Shown here: positions 7,953-15,764 of the stretch, one piece after another | How the letters are laid out: every line of letters starts with the position of its first letter | How positions within the stretch are numbered: position 1 is the stretch's first letter | Position numbers and translations under genes: made by a program | Notes under the pieces: generated by a model | Told to the model about the DNA's origin: nothing | What the model saw: only the letters and a program-made list of their open reading frames with translations | Database searches by the model: none | Source of the DNA: Prevotella sp. | GTDB taxonomy: Bacteria > Bacteroidota > Bacteroidia > Bacteroidales > Dysgonomonadaceae | Assembly (NCBI GenBank): GCA_031285625.1 | Contig: JAITVV010000041.1 | Span: 1-22,684 of the forward strand | DNA: 22,684 nt | Direction of reading: 5' to 3'

Positions 7953-9284
7953 CTATAATATATCTTCCCAAAATTTCTGATCTTGTTGGTCTATATCAAG
8001 CCCTGAATTATAATATTCACTATCATAAATAGATTTATGTTCCTGATAATTATTACATTGTTTTTGAATAACTTTAGTATTATTCTCTTTTAATGATAAT
8101 ACTGCTCCATGATTAATTAGAAGCTTAATAATCTCAGTATTATTATCTTCATAAGCCTTATCTAAAACAGTTTTATCTTTATATCCATTATCATTTATAT
8201 CTAATCCATTTTCTATTAAAAGTGCTAACATTGAGGAAGATATATATCCATATGCTTTAAATAGTAAGGAAACAGTATAATAATAATGAGCATCATAATA
8301 TCTTGTTTCAGTATAGTTAGAACAATATTCATAATTATAATCTTCATGCTCATAACTCTCTAATTTCTCTTCATGTATTGATACAGTAAGTTTAGAGCCT
8401 TTTTGAATTAAGTAGTTGACAATATCTATATGGTTATTTTGAATTGCATATAGGAGTGCTGTATTTCCTTTTCTATCTTCTAAGTTTATGTATTCTTCTT
8501 CTCTAATATGGTTAGATATGAAGCTTCTTCTTATAGAAGTTGATTTATTATATTCCTCTTCACATACTTTATTATGCTCTACTAGTTTCTTAACTATATC
8601 TGTATAGCCCATTTTTGAAGCTATATGTAGTTCACAAGGATAACATTCTTCAAGGTATTGATAGCCATAATAAAGGTTAGAAAAATAGGAATGAGAGTAG
8701 CTTGTGCGTTTATGAAATATCAAGCCCCCTTCTTTATCATTATCTAGTAAGTAATCAATGATTTCTGTATACCTATTTTTAACAGCTTCATATAAAGCTC
8801 TAAACCATTCTTCCAAAGGAGTACAATATTGAATATTTTCAACATGAATAAGAAAAAACTTTAAGGCTTCTAAATTTCTTTTTTCAGAAGCATCTGATAG
8901 AGAGAAAATCCCTTGTTTCCTGTATTTTTCTAAAATATTATTCTCTGGTGCTTCATTTATCTGATAATCTTTATTTTCATCTATTTTGGCTTGAATTTCT
9001 TCTTTACTTAAAGTGTTTGGTTGAGTATTATTATCTAATATCGCACTTCTTATCTTTCTTTTTCTTATGGATGGGGGAATAGTAGGTTGAGGATTACTTA
9101 TTACACTATCACTATTAAATAATGAAGTTGCTTCTTCTACTATTTCTCCTACTTCTTCTGTTGTTTCTTCAGATATTACTTGAGCTTTATTAGAATCTAA
9201 TCTTTCTTGTTTTGCTTCATTTAAAGCTGTATTTCTACTAGGTCTTCTCTTTCTAGGAGAAGGTTCTTGAGGTTTTCTTCCCAT
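7953..9284 (-). CDS. Ankyrin repeat protein with a disordered basic N-terminus
   Basis: GNTALLYAIQNNHIDIVNYLIQKG, LHIASKMGYTDIVKKLVEH and TVLDKAYEDNNTEIIKLLINHGA. Confidence 0.85.
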   Translation of the reverse strand: MGRKPQEPSPRKRRPSRNTALNEAKQERLDSNKAQVISEETTEEVGEIVEEATSLFNSDSVISNPQPTIPPSIRKRKIRSAILDNNTQPNTLSKEEIQAKIDENKDYQINEAPENNILEKYRKQGIFSLSDASEKRNLEALKFFLIHVENIQYCTPLEEWFRALYEAVKNRYTEIIDYLLDNDKEGGLIFHKRTSYSHSYFSNLYYGYQYLEECYPCELHIASKMGYTDIVKKLVEHNKVCEEEYNKSTSIRRSFISNHIREEEYINLEDRKGNTALLYAIQNNHIDIVNYLIQKGSKLTVSIHEEKLESYEHEDYNYEYCSNYTETRYYDAHYYYTVSLLFKAYGYISSSMLALLIENGLDINDNGYKDKTVLDKAYEDNNTEIIKLLINHGAVLSLKENNTKVIQKQCNNYQEHKSIYDSEYYNSGLDIDQQDQKFWEDIL

Positions 9285-9310
9285 ATCAATACCTTTGTTG
9301 TTGAGGTATC

Positions 9311-9480
9311 AATAAAATAAAGTAGGCATGATACTATCCTTACTGCTATCAAGGTAGTCACCACAACACCCAGCCACAATAAGGAAGCTCATGCCTATAA
9401 CATGAACATCTACTTATTACTGTTGTGGCTAATTTAAAAGTGGTGAATTTTTGATAGCACTAGTAATAAAGCAATGCTTT
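9311..9480 (-). ncRNA. Putative structured leader/antisense RNA with alternative (terminator/antiterminator) pairings
   Basis: Nested stems 9344-9352/9451-9459, 9358-9364/9440-9446 and 9372-9379/9423-9430 compete with 9323-9331/9389-9397 and 9337-9345/9377-9385, which are followed by a U-rich tract on the minus strand. A TAnnTTTG box lies at 9542-9549 (-). Confidence 0.65.
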
Positions 9481-9697
9481 ATATTATGTATATCCTAATC
9501 TATTTTATCTCTCCATATTATTAATGATTAAATATTTATGACAAAAATAACTATTTTATCAAGAATAGAATCATTTAACAGAAGAAGATTAGACTATAAT
9601 ATTGGCATGAGCTCATAGCCCACTATCTTGATAGCAAATAAATAAAATATATGATTACAAAATAGAATACTACAAGGCTTGCAGTTCTTATATAGTT

Positions 9698-10978
9698 TTA
9701 AAATGGAAAGCTATCTTCTGTATCATCATCAGAAGCAATGTAGTTATAGTGTTTTTTATGTTTGATATATTCAAATGGAGTTTTGATTACATCTACTTTT
9801 ATTTCAACTTCTTCTAATGTGACTAGATTTCTGTCTAAGCTAATCTTTTTTGGAGTGGCTCTATTGCCCGTAATAAAATAGTTATCAGCAATAGCTTCAT
9901 CAAAATGCTTAATAAAGGCTTCTCTTATTCTGGAGCATTTCTCATTGATAGAATTTAATGTTGGATTAACAATATCATTGATGCTTTTCTCCATATCACC
10001 AATATTTTCTCTTCCTGATACTTTCTTATATATAGCAATTAGTTCATCTCTGTAGTCAGGTAAATTCTTAAATAATATTCCTTCTGGATGATTCAAAAAT
10101 AAGAAAAATACAGCTTTAGGAAGTGGATACATGGTTATTTCCAAATTATTATAGTCTGGTAGAATAATCTTATATTCATTAGTGATAATAAGCCTGCTTA
10201 ACTTCACTGAATCAATAGAAAATATGGATTTCAACACCATCTCATTGATACCTTTTTGCTTCAAAGCTGCAATACGTTCCTTAATTTCTTCTATTAGCTT
10301 TTGGGATTCAGAATCAAATTCATAGTCTGCATTGTCATCTGGATTTTCTATGTAAGGATAGGGAGGAGGGGAAGCACTGTATAATACATTGCCAGCACCA
10401 ACAGCACTTAAGTAAGCTCTGATCTGCTCCCATATTTCAGTTTTATCTAAATTGCTGAATTGATAATAGGAGAAGATATAGTAGTCATCTTCATTATCCT
10501 TATATCTTAACAAACCTCCTTCTAATGTAATAGCTACATCAGTGAAAGACATTGTTTTATCAATAATGTTCTGAGAAATTAAGCTGCTAGGTATAACATT
10601 CTTTTTATTTAATGTAGGATTTATATATTGGGCTTCTTCAATGCTTAAAGTCTTTATAAGTTTTGGTATATAAGTGAAATTATAACCTTTCTCTTCAAAT
10701 AAATTACATATCCCTTCATATTCCTTTGAGATAAAATTATTTAACTCCTCATTGAAATACTCTTCAAAATATATTACTTGTAGCTTATCTGGTATAAATG
10801 GAATATTTTTTTTGATTTTAATAATCAATGGTGGTTTTAAATACACTTTATCCATGAGATTTTTCTTTTCATCTAAAATACTGCTTTTTCTACAATAAGA
10901 AAATTTCCTAAGATAATGATATAAAAAATAGCACAGATACTTATTATAGTTTAGAAAGTACCTGTGCTGAAAACTCAT
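9698..10978 (-). CDS. Hypothetical protein with a C-terminal winged-helix-like domain (putative regulator)
   Basis: EITMYPLPKAVFFLFLNHPEGI...SINEKCSRIR...YFITG resembles an OmpR-type wHTH. Acidic tail DDDTEDSFPF. The start may be the downstream Met at 10855. Confidence 0.7.
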   Translation of the reverse strand: MSFQHRYFLNYNKYLCYFLYHYLRKFSYCRKSSILDEKKNLMDKVYLKPPLIIKIKKNIPFIPDKLQVIYFEEYFNEELNNFISKEYEGICNLFEEKGYNFTYIPKLIKTLSIEEAQYINPTLNKKNVIPSSLISQNIIDKTMSFTDVAITLEGGLLRYKDNEDDYYIFSYYQFSNLDKTEIWEQIRAYLSAVGAGNVLYSASPPPYPYIENPDDNADYEFDSESQKLIEEIKERIAALKQKGINEMVLKSIFSIDSVKLSRLIITNEYKIILPDYNNLEITMYPLPKAVFFLFLNHPEGILFKNLPDYRDELIAIYKKVSGRENIGDMEKSINDIVNPTLNSINEKCSRIREAFIKHFDEAIADNYFITGNRATPKKISLDRNLVTLEEVEIKVDVIKTPFEYIKHKKHYNYIASDDDTEDSFPF

Positions 10979-11378
10979 TTCTCTTTTACTTGTAATTTAG
11001 GACATTATAAGATGCAAAATTTAACAGAGAATTTTAGTTTATACTCTTCTGTTACATTTTTTGTCTTAGCTATTTTTATATAGAATGTCTAATTTCAGAT
11101 ACAAAAAAAAGTAATTATTATCACTCTTTCTTTCTGTTGGCTGGTTCATTGCATATCACATATAGGATAATATATCCTACAATAACTTTTAGCACTATTT
11201 CTAAAAATAATATCATAATGATTAAATAATTAAAGCCCCATCCATTACTGAATGAGGCTAATACAATAATAATAAAAAAGGTAATTAATATTCTTATAAA
11301 AGAAGAATATAAAGTTATCTCTCTTTATCTTTGACTTAAGCTCTTTGTTATATATAGATGTAAATGAGAAAGTTTTGA

Positions 11379-12233
11379 TTATTCTCCAATATATATTCTC
11401 CTAAATTTATTAAGACAATAATCTCTAGAATCTTCTATACTACAATCCTTAAATTTCCCAAATAATAGATACTCTAAAACTTCAAGATTATCATTATCTC
11501 TATAGTAATTACTAAAAGGGTTAGGATAAAAATTGAAATCTAAGATTTCAACATTTTCATATCTACTATCAAAGTTTATTGGAATTATTTCGTCTGCAAT
11601 AATCCATTCTATTCTTAAAAAGGAATGAATTATTGAACCAAACATGATAATTTTGTCTTTAAAATATAGAGGGATAGTAGCCCCATTTCCAAGTAAATCA
11701 GCAAATCTATCTGCTTTCAATAAATCTGTTACATCATTAGCAAAATGTATAATAGAATTTATTTGGAAAAATATCTGAAAGTTTTGAATATAATTCTCTC
11801 CTTTTATAAAAGATGATAAACTGCTTACATCAATCAATCTACAGCCTTTATCATCATGGCTCTTACAGCCTGCATGTTTTGCTATATATTTATAAAAATC
11901 TATTTTCTTCTGTTTCCATTTTGTACCATAAATATTCATGAAATCTATCTTGGAAGATGCTGCAATTTCATCATAACTATTTAGTACATAAGATAAGAAC
12001 TCATTGTAAGCATCATCAGCAGGTTTTGTTAATTCATTATTACAAAAATCACAAATTATTTGGGGGAATTTAAGCACTCTATCCTTTGAAGTATTTATTG
12101 AAGTGAGGCCACTTTCATTTATATAAAAACCATTGAATTTTTTACCTTTCATTAGTTTTCTTATTTCAGAAGCTTTAATTTTATGCTCTCCTGAATTAGC
12201 TTGATTCTCATTACATATCCAGCACTTTTGCAT
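11379..12233 (-). CDS. HNH-type nuclease domain protein
   Basis: N-terminal CWIC...EHKI...CDFCNN zinc-binding HNH pattern plus an unknown C-terminal domain. Confidence 0.7.
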   Translation of the reverse strand: MQKCWICNENQANSGEHKIKASEIRKLMKGKKFNGFYINESGLTSINTSKDRVLKFPQIICDFCNNELTKPADDAYNEFLSYVLNSYDEIAASSKIDFMNIYGTKWKQKKIDFYKYIAKHAGCKSHDDKGCRLIDVSSLSSFIKGENYIQNFQIFFQINSIIHFANDVTDLLKADRFADLLGNGATIPLYFKDKIIMFGSIIHSFLRIEWIIADEIIPINFDSRYENVEILDFNFYPNPFSNYYRDNDNLEVLEYLLFGKFKDCSIEDSRDYCLNKFRRIYIGE

Positions 12234-12297
12234 TTTCTAATTTATGTCTATAGTTAGATAAGGCTTCACTTGAAACCCTATCCAAATATAGAAAAAT

Positions 12298-13344
12298 TCA
12301 CTCAATAAACCACCTATACTCCTTATCTCCATGCAAAGCCTTATTAATGCCATGTACTAATTCAGTAGCATTTAAAGACCTGTCTAAGAAATTATCAATA
12401 TAACTACTCTTATTAGCCCCTGTAAACAAGTTATAAACATTCCACAGGCTGATAGAATTTGCTTCTCCAATACTGAAATTATCATCATTATAATAAGATT
12501 TAGCTACAGCATTTATATGAGTATCTGTAAATATCATTTCAGGTAATAACTTCTTCTCTTTTGGTGGTAAACATTGATACAGTTTTGATTTACCTATAAA
12601 TTGTGCAAACTGATGTTCTGTCATAGATGTATCTTTGAAAGAGTTCATCAAATGTAAGTGCCTTGCTGGGTTATAGAGTTGGATTAGTTCCATAACAGCT
12701 TTAAACAAGTCTGTTGCACTCATAATTTTAATCTCAGTCTTATAACCATCAGAAGATACACACATATTGCAACATACCAGATTCTTAAAGCCTATGAATA
12801 CTTTAAACTTCTCTGCTCCTTTCTTACTATACAGGTTCTCATGATTATAAGCTCTTACTCCTCCAATAGATAAATTAAGCCTGTTGCCCTCAATATCCTG
12901 ATAGATAGATGGTATTTCAAAACAGAAAGCCATCCTTTCATAATAAATAGTCTTATCACTCTCTAATAACTGATTGACTGGCTTATGTATTGCTTCTGAA
13001 ACTCTCCCTTTAATAACATGGGAAACTCTTATATCAGGCTCTAAAAACCTCTCATTAGGAAAGAATTTATTGGCTGCATTCCAGACTGTTTCTATAAAAT
13101 TGGAATGACTGATTGTTATTTCATTATCTTTAGAAAAGACAGGAACAACACATTCATTCTTTAAATGGAATAAGTCTGTTTCTTTGGTATTTGCTTCAAT
13201 AAAATGCTTTGCATTACTCCTCTCTAATGGTCTTTCTGATAGTGGGGTAATATCAATAATATTAGGGGTATATTCTGAATGATTATTTCTACTTTCAGGT
13301 AATATAATATTTGGTTTAATTTGTAATAGTTGCATTGTTTCCAT
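12298..13344 (-). CDS. DUF3871 family protein
   Basis: FIEANT...ECVVPVFSKDNE.TISH, YYERMAF, GGVRAYN and NLFTGANKSSYID match this Bacteroidetes family as I recall it. Confidence 0.85.
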   Translation of the reverse strand: METMQLLQIKPNIILPESRNNHSEYTPNIIDITPLSERPLERSNAKHFIEANTKETDLFHLKNECVVPVFSKDNEITISHSNFIETVWNAANKFFPNERFLEPDIRVSHVIKGRVSEAIHKPVNQLLESDKTIYYERMAFCFEIPSIYQDIEGNRLNLSIGGVRAYNHENLYSKKGAEKFKVFIGFKNLVCCNMCVSSDGYKTEIKIMSATDLFKAVMELIQLYNPARHLHLMNSFKDTSMTEHQFAQFIGKSKLYQCLPPKEKKLLPEMIFTDTHINAVAKSYYNDDNFSIGEANSISLWNVYNLFTGANKSSYIDNFLDRSLNATELVHGINKALHGDKEYRWFIE

Positions 13345-13450
13345 ACTTAAATTATGTTTGATAAATTAATAATAGATTGGTTTTTCTTAAAATTTGAATA
13401 GCTATTTATCTTAAATTCATATCATAACTATTTTGTATTTAAAAGGCAGT

Positions 13451-13486
13451 AAAAAAACAGGTAAGGAATATTTAAACTCCTTACCC
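13451..13486 (-). terminator. Intrinsic terminator after the 90-aa gene
   Basis: Minus strand GGTAAGGA...TCCTTACC stem followed by T7. Confidence 0.75.
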
Positions 13487-13508
13487 TTAAATATTAAAGT
13501 ATTGTATT

Positions 13509-13781
13509 TTATAATTTAGCTAAGGTTGTAGCTCCTGATGTTTCTCCTCTTTGATGCAGTAAGAAAAACATTTCTCCTGTCATTGGTACACATACTTGAG
13601 ATATAACAGGCATGGTTACTTCTCCTGTAATAACTCTTTTGGAACAAGCCCCTGTTTCTACTCCATAGGTAAAGAAGCATTTACCTGTAGATTCATTCCT
13701 TTTAATTTCAATCTCATGTACTTGTTGATTGTTTTTGAAGTCATTTACTGACCATGTTTGTAAGAATTTTAGATTTTCCAT
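13509..13781 (-). CDS. Small hypothetical protein (beta-rich, possibly OB-fold/SSB-like)
   Basis: 90-aa ORF with an A-rich leader and its own terminator. The fold is only inferred. Confidence 0.75.
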   Translation of the reverse strand: MENLKFLQTWSVNDFKNNQQVHEIEIKRNESTGKCFFTYGVETGACSKRVITGEVTMPVISQVCVPMTGEMFFLLHQRGETSGATTLAKL

Positions 13782-13811
13782 ATCACTTATTTTTTATATT
13801 AATATTTCAAC

Positions 13812-14013
13812 ATAGGGGGATTAACCCAATTTCCAAGTGACAGGCGGTGTTAAGTTATGATTATCTCACTCTTAAATACATATCTTGTTACACTCTAGCA
13901 GCAGCAGAAGAAAAAAGATAAAATAGTTATGTTATTTTATTGCTTCTGGTGGTGGGGTATTGGATTTATTAATAAAAAGGTAGGGGGATGTATAATCTCA
14001 CTTAAGCACATAT
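13812..14013. repeat. Structured intergenic region (candidate origin or ncRNA)
   Basis: Two TAGGGGGAT copies (13813, 13981), two ATWATCTCACT..TAA..ACATAT copies (13860, 13992) and a central hairpin at ~13904-13948. Confidence 0.55.
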
Positions 14014-14017
14014 AAAC

Positions 14018-14053
14018 AAAAAGCTAACAGGGGATTAATTTTTCTGTTAGCTT
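14018..14053 (-). terminator. Intrinsic terminator after the polymerase-like gene
   Basis: AAGCTAACAG...CTGTTAGCTT stem with a T-tract on the minus strand. Confidence 0.75.
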
Positions 14054-14074
14054 AAAATTGCAATCGTATGAATA

Positions 14075-15670
14075 CTATAACTTCATTAAAGCTTCTTTAT
14101 AATTCCAGTAATCAGTTTCTAATTTTGGAGGCACTCCAATAGTATTAGTTAATTCTTCTTCCATTATATTTTTAACAAAATTGAGATTCTCTACTGTAGT
14201 AACTATTGAGTCATGTATAGTAAATATAGGAATTTCCTGATTGCCTTCTTCCCAAACTCTTTTGCAGCATCTATGTAATACAATCTCACTTTCTATAGAT
14301 TGCAGTAAGCAAGCCAATGTTGCATGGTCTGTTGATTTTATTAATCTAAATACTTCATATACATTTGGGTGTATTTTAGAGAACATTTTTTTATGCTTAT
14401 ACATAGGCTGATTCAGATACTGATTTTTAGAAAAAAACACTTCAAACATCATATCTTTTACCTTTTGTCTGTCTATTTCTCTCCCTGATTCTTTTTTGAT
14501 TTGATCAATCATATATTCATAAAAATTTCCTTCTGAGACTTTTCTTTTATATGAGTTAATCTCCTGTGTATTTGTTATGTTATTTGTATAATCTTTTAAT
14601 ATTTTGTGTAATGGTGTGTTGTTAATAATTGTATTATTTATAAGTGTTTGAATGTTGGTTGGTAGATGAGTATAATTAAATTGAGTTGAAGTATTATCCC
14701 AAAATTGAGGGCTAAATAATATACAGGCTAGGTATGGTTGGCTATTTTTTATATCTAAATTTACTAGCCTTCTTCCTTCAAAAGTGATGAAATTTCTATA
14801 TACACTTTCCATGTTAGTCATTGCAGAGTGTAACCTGTGAACATTTGTATCTATCTTAGCATTATAATCATGTGTAGATAAAGAGTACAAATTGAATTGA
14901 ATAGCTCTTTTTTGAGTTTTGGGATGAATCTTATCTCCTTTCTTAGTCTTACTATTTTTCCATGTATTATATCCATCTTTAATTTTCTTCTCTGTGTAAT
15001 CGGATGCAAATTTTAAGGCTTTGTTAATATCAATATTTAACCCTTTCTGGGCATACCAATATCTTAAATAAGGATAGTTCAATAGAGGGTTATCAATTTC
15101 TATCCCTTCATCATTAAATATGCTGCTAGGAATAGTTTCTGTTTCTTTATTTATATGCCCTTTATATAGAATTATTTTAAGGGGTACATCTGCATACTTT
15201 TCTGTAAATCTATACCCATAAGATTTTTCATTTTTAATATAATGATTATCACACTCAATTACACCAGTATCAATTAAATAATCAAGATAATTTTTATAAT
15301 CTTTGAGAATAAAATCTCTAATTAGAGTTGAGTTAATTGGGACATAATCATCCTCAAAAATATTATTTTTATTATGGGCTGGAATAATAGTAATTAGGCT
15401 AATTACATACAAGAGCCTGTCTTTATCATAATAAATATTACTGCCTTTAGCCTTTAATTTACCATTATCAGACAAATAAAATCTATAATTAACAAGAGGG
15501 TATTTTTCTATATGCTCATCTATATCTAAATTTTCTGGAATAAAAGCCGATTTACCACTATGTTTAAATGCAACAACATTAAAAATGCCAAAAAACTTAA
15601 ATCTTTTATTGTCAGATATATTATCATTATCTTTTCCAAATAAATTCTTTAAATAATTAAATATACTCAT
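14075..15670 (-). CDS. Minimal family-A-like (TV-Pol-like) polymerase with an N-terminal wHTH-like region
   Basis: Collinear PolA motifs: HRLHS (GRLSS), motif A LDIKNSQP, motif B R.KVK.MMF..FF, LQSIESEI (IQGTAADI) and motif C TIHDSI. No exonuclease motifs recognised. Confidence 0.72.
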   Translation of the reverse strand: MSIFNYLKNLFGKDNDNISDNKRFKFFGIFNVVAFKHSGKSAFIPENLDIDEHIEKYPLVNYRFYLSDNGKLKAKGSNIYYDKDRLLYVISLITIIPAHNKNNIFEDDYVPINSTLIRDFILKDYKNYLDYLIDTGVIECDNHYIKNEKSYGYRFTEKYADVPLKIILYKGHINKETETIPSSIFNDEGIEIDNPLLNYPYLRYWYAQKGLNIDINKALKFASDYTEKKIKDGYNTWKNSKTKKGDKIHPKTQKRAIQFNLYSLSTHDYNAKIDTNVHRLHSAMTNMESVYRNFITFEGRRLVNLDIKNSQPYLACILFSPQFWDNTSTQFNYTHLPTNIQTLINNTIINNTPLHKILKDYTNNITNTQEINSYKRKVSEGNFYEYMIDQIKKESGREIDRQKVKDMMFEVFFSKNQYLNQPMYKHKKMFSKIHPNVYEVFRLIKSTDHATLACLLQSIESEIVLHRCCKRVWEEGNQEIPIFTIHDSIVTTVENLNFVKNIMEEELTNTIGVPPKLETDYWNYKEALMKL

Positions 15671-15764
15671 CTGTTAATTCATTATGTTAGGATATTTATA
15701 TTATGGTAAAATTAAGAAAAAGAACACATATAAAAATGTATTCTTTCCCTTAATTATCTCACAT

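Noticed and set aside
13345-13425. Possible remnant of a deleted gene upstream of DUF3871
   Set aside because: Only a few codons (KNQSIINLSNII*) are open, too short to support without alignment.
14075-15670. Calling the 531-aa protein a T7-like RNA polymerase or a reverse transcriptase
   Set aside because: IHDS resembles T7 RNAP motif C, but the protein is much shorter and motif A is not DGxCxG. There is no YxDD motif for an RT. The substrate (DNA versus RNA) cannot be settled from sequence.
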